DNA from: a virus
Strand: one strand, 5' to 3'
DNA length: 64,000 nt
IMG/VR virus record: IMGVR_UViG_3300025598_000030
Span: 1-64,000 of that record
Shown here: positions 50,465 to 58,819 of the stretch, piece after piece
Numbering within the stretch: position 1 is the first letter of the stretch
Layout: each line of letters opens with the position of its first letter
Position numbers and translations under genes: made by a program
The notes under the pieces: generated by a model
Seen by the model: the letters and a program-made list of their open reading frames with translations, nothing else
Database searches by the model: none
Told to the model about the DNA's origin: nothing

Positions 50465-51373
50465 ATGACCATAACAACAAGTCCTACAGGAAGAAAAGTA
50501 AAATATTTAAATAATAGAGATTTATTAGCAGAAATACATAAAAGCAAATGCAGTTTTTCAAGTTTTACAAAGCCCGAATATAATCAACATGACGTTATTT
50601 TAACTGGTTTAGATAAAATCAATATAAGAACTATAGCAGAAGCTAAACGAAATAGAGCAAAAAGAATCGGCATAGAAACATTTAATCAAGCTAGATTAAA
50701 CGGTGATAAAAAGATAAAATTGATTGAGTGTACTCCCGATTATAAAACTATAGATAAAAAAGATGTTATTATACGAATTATGACATATGATCATATTCCG
50801 TTATCACCTAGTCGTAAAAAAACAGCAAAGACTACTGCGGATCGTCACGAAAAAGTAAATTTTCCACCTTTCCAGCATTGGAAATTTGATGAGAATGAAG
50901 AATTAATTTGTGTTGGTAAAAGCCATTGGAAAGGCTCTATAGATTCCGGAAAGTTTAGTAAAGATCATGGCAGAGTTACAGAAAATCTAGGCAGAATGTA
51001 TATCAAATTAAGCGAGCGTTATGCACAACGTAGTAATTGGAGAGGCTATACTTATGTTGATGAGATGCGTGGGCAAGCTATCTTACAGTTAAGCCAAATT
51101 GGATTACAATTTGATGAATCAAAAAGCGAAAATCCATTCGCTTATTATACTGCTGCAGTAACTAATTCATTTACTCGCGTACTTAATTTAGAAAAGAAAA
51201 GTCAAAATATTCGAGATGATTTACTCGAAGTCAACGGATTAACGCCTAGTCTCACTAGACAAACCAAAGAAGAATTCGCTGATGAGGTTGCAAAACAGGC
51301 CGAAATTTACAAAAACATCCGTATGCCAAAAAGTCAAGAAAGTGATTTTGCATCAGATGAGGATGAAGATTGA
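50465..51373 (+). CDS. Late-transcription sigma factor (T4 gp55-like)
   Basis: YLNNRDLL, NWRGYTYVDEM, FDESKSENPFAYYT, acidic tail; precedes gp47/gp46 as in T4-like phages. Confidence 0.8.
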   Translation: MTITTSPTGRKVKYLNNRDLLAEIHKSKCSFSSFTKPEYNQHDVILTGLDKINIRTIAEAKRNRAKRIGIETFNQARLNGDKKIKLIECTPDYKTIDKKDVIIRIMTYDHIPLSPSRKKTAKTTADRHEKVNFPPFQHWKFDENEELICVGKSHWKGSIDSGKFSKDHGRVTENLGRMYIKLSERYAQRSNWRGYTYVDEMRGQAILQLSQIGLQFDESKSENPFAYYTAAVTNSFTRVLNLEKKSQNIRDDLLEVNGLTPSLTRQTKEEFADEVAKQAEIYKNIRMPKSQESDFASDEDED

Positions 51374-51416
51374 TTATTATTTGCAATCCTGTTAAAATAA
51401 AACATGGAGTATAATA

Positions 51417-52430
51417 ATGTCACTATTTAAAAAAGTAGCAGCCTTTACAGATCTACACGTCGGTCTCAAGGGTAATAGTCAATTACACCTGCAAGATTGC
51501 GAAGAATTTGTAGATTGGTTTATTGAAAAGGCCAAAGATGCCGGTTGCGATACTGGCATCTTTTTAGGTGACTGGCATCATCAGAGAAATTCAATCAATC
51601 TAATCACTTTAGATACTAGTGTACGTCTTTTAGAAAAACTCGGAAAAGCTTTTGACCAATTTATTTGGTTTCCCGGCAACCATGATTTATTTTTTAGAGA
51701 TAAACGTGATGTACATAGTTCTTCCTTCGGACGTCATATTCCTGGAGTGACTGTTATCGATACTGTTACTACTATCGATGATGTCACTTTAGTTCCATGG
51801 CTAGTTAAAGAAGAGTGGAAATCTATTTCAAAATCTAAAAGTAGGTATGTTTTCGGCCATCTCGAATTGCCTACATTTATGATGAATGCTATGGTTGCAG
51901 CTCCAGACCACGGATTATTGCAGCCTACTCATTTCCGTAATCAGGAACTAGTGTTTAGTGGACATTTCCATAAACGTCAAAATCAAGGAAAGATTTGGTA
52001 TATCGGTAATGCGTTTCCACATGATTTTGCCGATTCGTGGGACGATGAAAGAGGAATGATGATTATGGAATGGGGTAGAACTCCTGAATTCCACGCTTGG
52101 ACCGATGCTCCTAAATATCGTTCGATCAAACTCAGTCAACTGATAGAAGATAAAGATAACATTTTAAAATCTAAGATGTATCTCAAAGTTACAGCTGATG
52201 TAGAATTAAATTACGAAGAAGCTATCTTTCTAAAAGAGAGTTTTATGGCTGATGAAAATGTGAGAGAATTTAGTATGGTTAGAGATCGTATTAGCTTAGA
52301 AGGAGTTGAAGAAACACCAACTGAAGCTACAATACAAAGTGTAGATCAAATTGTAACACAAGAATTACTTAACATTTCAAGCGAACAGTTTAGTTCGGCA
52401 ACATTATTGGATATTTGGCAACGTCTATGA
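51417..52430 (+). CDS. Recombination nuclease, Mre11/SbcD (gp47-like)
   Basis: DLH, FLGDWH, GNHD, FGH, SGHFH metallophosphoesterase motifs. Confidence 0.93.
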   Translation: MSLFKKVAAFTDLHVGLKGNSQLHLQDCEEFVDWFIEKAKDAGCDTGIFLGDWHHQRNSINLITLDTSVRLLEKLGKAFDQFIWFPGNHDLFFRDKRDVHSSSFGRHIPGVTVIDTVTTIDDVTLVPWLVKEEWKSISKSKSRYVFGHLELPTFMMNAMVAAPDHGLLQPTHFRNQELVFSGHFHKRQNQGKIWYIGNAFPHDFADSWDDERGMMIMEWGRTPEFHAWTDAPKYRSIKLSQLIEDKDNILKSKMYLKVTADVELNYEEAIFLKESFMADENVREFSMVRDRISLEGVEETPTEATIQSVDQIVTQELLNISSEQFSSATLLDIWQRL

Positions 52431-54217
52431 CAAACATTGAACTCGAAAGTATGACACTCAAGAATTTTATGAGTGTCGGTAATCAAACACAATCTATAAA
52501 TTTTAAAAGCGACTGTTTAACCTTAGTATTAGGAACAAATCTTGACCTCGGAGGTGAAGATACAGGTAGTCGAAATGGAACAGGCAAGACTACTATGATT
52601 AATGGATTGAGTTATCTTTTTTTCGGAGAGGCATTATCTCGAATTAAGAAAGAAAACTTAATTAACAAAACTAACGGCAAGAATTTGTTAGCTACTGGAT
52701 CATTTAAAATCAACGGTGTTCAATATAGGATCGAACGTGGCCGAAAGCCAACATTTCTTAAACTTTATATTAACGATAAAGAACATGTTGGCCGAGATAA
52801 TGAAGAATCTCAAGGCGATAGTAGAGAAACTCAAAAATATATAGAAAATCTAGTCGGTATGAGTCATACTATGTTTAAACATATTGTTGCTCTCAATACC
52901 TACACCGAGCCATTCCTTAGTTTAAAAGCTGCTGATCAGCGCGAAGTTATCGAAGAGCTTATCGGTAGTACAATGTTAAGTACTAAAGCCGAATCATTGA
53001 GATTGTTAATTAAGGAAACTAAAGATGCTATCACTACTGAACAAATAAAAATTGATAGTGTTAAAAATGCTAATGAGGGTATACAACGCAGTATCAATTC
53101 ATTAATTGCAAAGCGTGACTTATGGAACAAAAAGCAAGAAAAGGATCTTGAAGATTATGCTGCAGCGATTGCCGAATTAGAAAGTTTGGATATTTCTGCG
53201 GAACTCCAATTACATAACGATTTAAAAGTATGGAAAGATAATAATACTCAGTTACAGAATTTGAAGAAGCAAAAAGCTGGTTCGGATTCGTCATTGATAC
53301 AAGCTGATAGAAATGTCAAAAGATATACTAATGAATTAGAAAAATTAGCAGACAATAAGTGCCCTCAATGTGATCAAGATTTGCATAATGATACACATGT
53401 CACTTTAATTGCCAATACAGAGAAAAATTTATCTGATGCTGTTGATTATTATAATACTGTAAAGAGCAATATCGATGAATTAACTTTGCAAATTAATGCA
53501 ATCGGTGATATCGGAGTATGTCCTAAGACCTTTTATTCTACTGAGGCAGAAGCGTTAGGACATCAAAATCAATTAATGAATTTAGAGAAAGCATTAATTG
53601 ATTGTAGTAATCAGGTAAATCCATATACAGATCAAATTGAAGAGCTAGAAAAAACTGCCTTACAGTCTATTTCTTGGGATAAGATCAATGAATTAACGAA
53701 ATTAAAAGAGCATCAAGACTTTTTACTTAAACTATTAACTAACAAGGATAGTTTTATCCGTAAAAAGATTATCGATCAAAATCTTGCACATCTTAATCAT
53801 AGACTTAGCTATTATTTGGATAGATTGAAACTTCCGCATTTAGTTAAATTTAAAAATGATTTAGAAGTAGAGATTACAGATTTTGGTAAAGACCTAGACT
53901 TCGACAATTTATCTAGAGGCGAACGTAATAGACTTATTTTAAGTATGAGTTTTGCTTTTAGAGATGTTTGGGAAAGTCTATACCAAAGCGTTAACTTGTT
54001 ATTTGTCGACGAGTTAATGGATTCGGGAATGGACTCTGCCGGTGTTGAAGCAGGACTAAGACTGTTAAAACAAATGGCTAGAGAAGGTGGTAAAAACATT
54101 TACTTGATTTCTCATAAAGATGAACTGGTTAGTAGAGTTGACAGTATCTTAAGGGTAGTTAAAGAAAATGGATTTACTTCTTATTCAAATTCAACCGAGC
54201 CAGTAGGACTATTATGA
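52427..54217 (+). CDS. Recombination ATPase, Rad50/SbcC (gp46-like)
   Basis: KNFMS, NGTGKTT, CPQC zinc hook, LSRGE, LLFVDE, ISHK; likely start ATG 52427. Confidence 0.95.
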   Translation: MTNIELESMTLKNFMSVGNQTQSINFKSDCLTLVLGTNLDLGGEDTGSRNGTGKTTMINGLSYLFFGEALSRIKKENLINKTNGKNLLATGSFKINGVQYRIERGRKPTFLKLYINDKEHVGRDNEESQGDSRETQKYIENLVGMSHTMFKHIVALNTYTEPFLSLKAADQREVIEELIGSTMLSTKAESLRLLIKETKDAITTEQIKIDSVKNANEGIQRSINSLIAKRDLWNKKQEKDLEDYAAAIAELESLDISAELQLHNDLKVWKDNNTQLQNLKKQKAGSDSSLIQADRNVKRYTNELEKLADNKCPQCDQDLHNDTHVTLIANTEKNLSDAVDYYNTVKSNIDELTLQINAIGDIGVCPKTFYSTEAEALGHQNQLMNLEKALIDCSNQVNPYTDQIEELEKTALQSISWDKINELTKLKEHQDFLLKLLTNKDSFIRKKIIDQNLAHLNHRLSYYLDRLKLPHLVKFKNDLEVEITDFGKDLDFDNLSRGERNRLILSMSFAFRDVWESLYQSVNLLFVDELMDSGMDSAGVEAGLRLLKQMAREGGKNIYLISHKDELVSRVDSILRVVKENGFTSYSNSTEPVGLL

Positions 54218-54519
54218 TAAACAAGTATATAGAATTACATGAAAAATTTATGGAATTACTCGCAGAGTATCATAATAATCACATTTATTTTATAAGGAAG
54301 CCGAATACTTATACGTTGCGATTAGTTGCAAAAACGATGAGAGAGCTAAAAAGGCTCACTCGTGAAATGAAAGTTAACAACGTAGAACTTAGTCGTACTT
54401 TATTAGAAGAAAAAAGAAAAAGTGTGATAGAAAATAAAATACAAAAGGAGATGAGGAAAAATGAGCGACTTAAACGAATCAACAGTCAATACGACGGAAC
54501 AGATGGTAACAACACTTAA
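54214..54519 (+). CDS. Small basic helical hypothetical protein
   Basis: 101-aa ORF coupled to gp46. Confidence 0.6.
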   Translation: MINKYIELHEKFMELLAEYHNNHIYFIRKPNTYTLRLVAKTMRELKRLTREMKVNNVELSRTLLEEKRKSVIENKIQKEMRKNERLKRINSQYDGTDGNNT

Positions 54520-54676
54520 GACATATGTAGATGAAAATAGTAAGTTTATAAATGGAAATTCAGCGGCAGGAACCCGTGCACGTAAGGCGTTAGCCGAACT
54601 TGGCAAACTAGTAAAAGCTCGACGTAATGAAATTACTGCCGAAAAGAATGCACGTAAAATTAATAAAGTAAATTAA
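54461..54676 (+). CDS. Histone H1-like (Hc1-family) small basic protein
   Basis: KF..GNSAAGTRARKAL.EL.KL...RRNEI..EK; SD GAGG. Confidence 0.75.
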   Translation: MSDLNESTVNTTEQMVTTLKTYVDENSKFINGNSAAGTRARKALAELGKLVKARRNEITAEKNARKINKVN

Positions 54677-54679
54677 TTA

Positions 54680-55633
54680 ATGAAAGTACTATTTCACACC
54701 CATACTCCTTGTTATTTAGGAACGACCGTTTCTGTAATGAACTATGCAAGATATAATCAAGAAGTATTAGGTAATGAGAGCATTATTTGCTATAATCATG
54801 ATTTTAAGGGAGAAATGATCAATGGTAACCTTGATAAAGATGTGCTAAAAAAATGGACTGATATATGTGAAGTTAGAAGCACCACTGATGGAAACTATAA
54901 TGATGTCTGTAAAGATGTCGATGTTGCATATTTTCAAAGAAGTGGCGAGCCAGAACCATTACCGAATACTGCTAGAACTGCTATTCATGCTGTTTTTCAA
55001 CTTAACACCCCACATGGTGATCGATATGCATATATTTCGGAATGGTTATCTAAAAAAGTAACCGGCGGTGTTGCACCTTGGGTTCCATATATAGTGCAGA
55101 TGCCGAAGCCTAATCAAGATATGAGAGAATTTTTCGGTATTCCTAAAGATAAAATCATTATCGGTAGATTAGGAAGTTGGAATATTTTTGTCGACGGAAT
55201 GGAATGGGCATGTCAAGCTATTGTTAATATTGTAAACAAACGGAATGATATTGTTTTCCTATTAGTCAATACTAAAAAGTTTTACGAACATCCTAATATC
55301 ATTTATGTAAATGGGATTGCAGATGAACAAATAAAATCTAATTTTATAAACACATGTGATGCAATGATACACTCTAGATGGCAAGGAGAAAGTTTCGGAA
55401 TGGCTATCTGCGAATTTCTATTTCATAATAAGCCAGTACTATCATGGAACGGAGGAGTCGATCAGCATCATATCGATCTTCTAAAAGATACCGGATTATT
55501 GTATAATAGCACCGCTGATTTAGAGAATAAATTAGATAATATTAAATCGTTTAATGGCGATTATCATAAAATTGTCGAAAAATTTAATCCTAATAATGTA
55601 ATGCAGCAGTTTAAATCAGTATTTTTAGATTGA
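54680..55633 (+). CDS. GT-B fold glycosyltransferase
   Basis: GTTVS...YA.YN, IGRLGS, FINTCDAMIHSRWQGESFGMAICEF...KPV. Confidence 0.85.
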   Translation: MKVLFHTHTPCYLGTTVSVMNYARYNQEVLGNESIICYNHDFKGEMINGNLDKDVLKKWTDICEVRSTTDGNYNDVCKDVDVAYFQRSGEPEPLPNTARTAIHAVFQLNTPHGDRYAYISEWLSKKVTGGVAPWVPYIVQMPKPNQDMREFFGIPKDKIIIGRLGSWNIFVDGMEWACQAIVNIVNKRNDIVFLLVNTKKFYEHPNIIYVNGIADEQIKSNFINTCDAMIHSRWQGESFGMAICEFLFHNKPVLSWNGGVDQHHIDLLKDTGLLYNSTADLENKLDNIKSFNGDYHKIVEKFNPNNVMQQFKSVFLD

Positions 55634-56058
55634 TGACTTGGTTCTATCAAGGACAAATAGTTACTGAACTTCCTGAGACCTGTGTTGGTTTTATATATCT
55701 TATTACTAACACTATCTCAGGACGTATGTATATTGGCAAAAAACTGGCAAAATTTTCAAAAACAAAATATAAAACAGTTAAACTTAAAAACGGCAAAAAG
55801 AAACGTAAAAAAATCAAAGGCACAATAGAATCAGATTGGCAAACATATTACGGTTCCAGTGATGAACTTAATCGAGATATAGAAAAATTAGGCAAAGAAA
55901 ACTTTCAAAGAGAAATATTACATTATTGTAATAGCAAGGCACAAACTTCATACTTAGAAGCAAAAGAACAATTTGACCGGCGCGTGTTAGAATCCACTGA
56001 ATATTACAATGGTCATATACGTGTTAGAGTCCACGGCTCACATATACTCAAAAAATAA
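55633..56058 (+). CDS. GIY-YIG nuclease (T4 endonuclease II-like, catalytic domain only)
   Basis: GFIYLITN...MYIGKK, DWQTYYGSS, F.REIL, YLE, YYNG. Confidence 0.85.
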   Translation: MTWFYQGQIVTELPETCVGFIYLITNTISGRMYIGKKLAKFSKTKYKTVKLKNGKKKRKKIKGTIESDWQTYYGSSDELNRDIEKLGKENFQREILHYCNSKAQTSYLEAKEQFDRRVLESTEYYNGHIRVRVHGSHILKK

Positions 56059-56059
56059 G

Positions 56060-56490
56060 GCAAAATAAGCAGTAAGGCTAGCATCGGCTGATATCGGATG
56101 CCCATGATAACCACACGAAAGTGATGGGGACGGAAGACTCTGCGCTGCACAGAGGACTCAACTACTATCCTTAACAGGACGAGGATCGCGAATTGCTGCG
56201 GTTTAGTTGCTTAAGAAAAGAATTCAGGCACAAAGAAGGGAGAAAAACCCTACGTTGTTACATAAGACTAGCGTTTGTGTAATAGCCGCCGTCATATAAA
56301 GACGCTGCTCGAGGTACCGGATGACCGCCTCTGTAATGCAGTAACGCTAGTGGCTGTGATACTCAGATAATCTACAGTTTTTTGCCCGGCAACGGGCAAA
56401 GCATGGCTGCTTTATCTAGATAATCATTAAAAAAAAGAAAATGCTTCGAGCTGATAAGCGAAGAAGCAGGTGAGCTCTTGCTCACCTTTC
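56060..56490 (+). ncRNA. Candidate large structured non-coding RNA
   Basis: ORF-free, GC-richer intergenic region with many stems, GNRA tetraloops and a 9-nt loop-to-downstream complement; see findings. Confidence 0.6.
56468..56490 (+). terminator. Terminator-like hairpin ending the structured region
   Basis: AGGTGAGC-TCTT-GCTCACCT then short T run; TAAATA follows at 56494-56499. Confidence 0.45.
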
Positions 56491-56520
56491 GCATAAATAA
56501 ATTATAGTGTGGAAAAATAA

Positions 56521-57669
56521 ATGAGATTAACTGATGTATTATCGAAAAATGAGTTAAGAACTTTAAGAGAAGCAGATAATGCGCTAGTACCTGCAGGTGG
56601 AAGAAAAATAACAGGTGGAGCAATAGTACCTGCAAATAAAGCAAATGATCCTCGTTCCGGAGAATTCCTTGGAGGAAGTTCTACAAATCCATCAGGCAAT
56701 CAAAGTAATATGCAGTATCAAGTGCCTAATACTCAGAATCCTAACGGAATTAATCCGGCTAACTGGTTTAAACCTCAAAATCCTAATGCTGTAAAGATTA
56801 ATCAAACTCCACCACCTGGTCAAACAACTCAAGCAGGTCCTACTGGGGCAACTCCACCACCTGGTCAAACAACTCAAGCAGGTCCTACTGGGGCAACAAC
56901 AACTCCGAATACGCCAACAGGAATTACAGGGCCTGCGGGAACAACCCCACCGCCGCCTGGTCAAACAACTCAGCCTGCTACAACTACAGCAGCAAATTCT
57001 GCAGCAGGACTTAATATGCCAAAAAGTGGGATTATGTCTAAAGCTGTTGGCAAAATTGCTACCGGTCTTGGAAAAGCAGTCGGAGGAGTTCAAGGTGCTG
57101 CTCAAGGTGCTAAATTAGCATTTAATCGAGGACAAAGTGCTGCGAGTGCTGCTGCAACTAGAAATGTTGCTCAAGCAGGTGGAATGAGTCCTGGTCAAAT
57201 ACGTTCAGCGCTTAATACACCGAAAGGATCAGCAACTCCTGGAGGTACTGCACCTAGTGCTAGTGGTACTAGAGGCGCAGCTGGTACAGCAGGAATAGGT
57301 AGTGGCGGAAGAGGATCTGGTGCTGCAGGTGCTGCAAGCGCCGGAGGTGCTTCAACTAATACTAGAACTGCCGGTACATCTGGTCCAGCAGGACGTAGCC
57401 CATTTCCGAATTTAGTAGGACAAGATTTTGATAGCACACACAATGTACCAGTCACTGCTGCAGGCGCTGCAAAATGGAATGCAGAAAAAACTAAAACTCA
57501 ACAAAACCTTGATTGGTTTACTCAAAAAGAAACTGCTGCTACTAGAGCAGGATATTTGCCGAATAAAAACACAGGAGTATGGACAGCACCGGCAGCTTCT
57601 GGAACACAACCTACTGCCGAATCGGTAGAAGACATAATTAGATTAGCTAAACAACTAGCGGCTCGTTAA
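56521..57669 (+). CDS. Low-complexity G/A/T/P-rich protein, possible internal head protein
   Basis: Preceded by TAAATA; MRLTDVL...LREA N-terminus and ESVEDIIRLA C-terminus. Confidence 0.6.
   Translation: MRLTDVLSKNELRTLREADNALVPAGGRKITGGAIVPANKANDPRSGEFLGGSSTNPSGNQSNMQYQVPNTQNPNGINPANWFKPQNPNAVKINQTPPPGQTTQAGPTGATPPPGQTTQAGPTGATTTPNTPTGITGPAGTTPPPPGQTTQPATTTAANSAAGLNMPKSGIMSKAVGKIATGLGKAVGGVQGAAQGAKLAFNRGQSAASAAATRNVAQAGGMSPGQIRSALNTPKGSATPGGTAPSASGTRGAAGTAGIGSGGRGSGAAGAASAGGASTNTRTAGTSGPAGRSPFPNLVGQDFDSTHNVPVTAAGAAKWNAEKTKTQQNLDWFTQKETAATRAGYLPNKNTGVWTAPAASGTQPTAESVEDIIRLAKQLAAR
56806..56895 (+). repeat. Two tandem 45-bp coding repeats (TPPPGQTTQAGPTGA)
   Basis: ACTCCACCACCTGGTCAAACAACTCAAGCAGGTCCTACTGGGGCA x2; degenerate third copy near 56944-56973. 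Confidence 0.9.
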
Positions 57670-57884
57670 AAGAACGGCATCCCGCTTTTTTGAGTCGTTT
57701 CTAGATTAGATTCTATAATGTTACCGATAATTTTTCGATCATCTATATCCATATTATAAGCTTCGGAAATAGTAACACCTCCTCTCATAAACCAACATAT
57801 CTTATATAGTTCATCTTTAAGGGCTTTTGAATCATTTTCCATATCTAGAACCAGTTGGTTTATCTCTTCTAGATCAAGAGACAA
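57666..57884 (-). CDS. Small ORF in -1 frame behind gp26-like gene; probable frameshift extension (gp51/tail chaperone-like)
   Basis: No ATG/SD at ORF start; -1 frame open through slippery T TTT TTC at 57902-57896. Confidence 0.6.
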   Translation of the reverse strand: MSLDLEEINQLVLDMENDSKALKDELYKICWFMRGGVTISEAYNMDIDDRKIIGNIIESNLETTQKSGMPFF

Positions 57885-57889
57885 AAGCC

Positions 57890-58750
57890 TTATCCGAAAA
57901 AAGTTGAAGGATCGAATGTTAATGGAACTTCAACTTCCTCTGCAGAGCCAGCAGCAACCATTTCATCAGTGGCTTTAACACGTAATGGCTTAATCGCAAT
58001 ATCATCTTTAAGCTTATCTAGATGATTTTTCACAGCATTGAAGATATTTTTATCGCAATTTTGCATAAATTCTGAAATAAATTCACGTTCTGTTACAGAA
58101 CCTGCAGTAGTATCAATACGATATATAGTATTTGATACTAGATCTAAAGTCATTTTTGTTAATTTATTGAAACTGTCCGCAAATAATTCTAATTTTTTAT
58201 CTTCATCTATAGCTTTATCGTTAACTAAATTAATTATTCGTTGAGTTTCAAAGGATTCTGCACTAGCTTTTGATAGTTCTCTATAATTTAAAGGTCTTAC
58301 ATATATAACGAGATTAGAAGCTATTTCGATTCTTTCGTCCCATGCAGGCGCAGACACTAATTGTGCAAGAATATCTTTAAGATCTATACCGTATGTAGCA
58401 TCTACGCCTTTAACTGTAACAGTTGTATCCATAAATTCGCCATAAGTTGCTAGCCTGATTGCAATTAATATAGCATCAATGTCTGTCTGAGGACATTGCC
58501 ACCCATCGAGTATGTTAGGAACACAGCTTTGAATCACATCAGCAACTGCTTGCCCATTAAGTAATGCATCTGGAGTTTTTAAAATCAACTCATCTCTAGC
58601 AGTCATAGAATATACAGGATATTCGTTTGTAGGGGTACGTTGCAAAGACCCGTCGGGCCAATACTTTCCTTGACTAGGTAAAGTAATATAAATCTTAGGT
58701 TGTCTCATTAATCCTAATAATGGATTAGTTTTTTGTGGAGGAATCTGCAT
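57890..58750 (-). CDS. Baseplate hub assembly/tail chaperone (T4 gp26-like)
   Basis: LPSQG, MTARDE..LK.PDALLNG, DIDAILIAIRLATYG, RPLNY, C-terminal FDPSTFFG. Confidence 0.75.
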   Translation of the reverse strand: MQIPPQKTNPLLGLMRQPKIYITLPSQGKYWPDGSLQRTPTNEYPVYSMTARDELILKTPDALLNGQAVADVIQSCVPNILDGWQCPQTDIDAILIAIRLATYGEFMDTTVTVKGVDATYGIDLKDILAQLVSAPAWDERIEIASNLVIYVRPLNYRELSKASAESFETQRIINLVNDKAIDEDKKLELFADSFNKLTKMTLDLVSNTIYRIDTTAGSVTEREFISEFMQNCDKNIFNAVKNHLDKLKDDIAIKPLRVKATDEMVAAGSAEEVEVPLTFDPSTFFG

Positions 58751-58764
58751 ATTTTTAACTCCGA

Positions 58765-58800
58765 TAAATAATTAATAGCGTGCATATTATTTATATGCAC
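58765..58800. promoter_or_regulatory. Crossed divergent late promoters with hairpin
   Basis: Plus TAAATA 58765-58770; minus TAAATA 58788-58793 in loop of GTGCATAT/ATATGCAC inverted repeat (58780-58800). Confidence 0.55.
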
Positions 58801-58819
58801 AGATAACTGAGGCCTTACG

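Noticed and set aside
56060-56490. Group I intron, tmRNA, RNase P or tRNA identity for the structured region
   Set aside because: GAATTGCTG and AGACTA resemble group I P/R elements, but I found no matching Q/S elements or interrupted exon; no tRNA-like acceptor/T-arm or RNase P P4 consensus recognised
56372-56699. Minus-strand ORFs 56372-56644 and 56502-56699
   Set aside because: Antisense shadows of the 56521 gene and structured region, no recognisable protein features
56806-56973. CRISPR-like array
   Set aside because: Repeats are contiguous, in-frame and lack unique spacers
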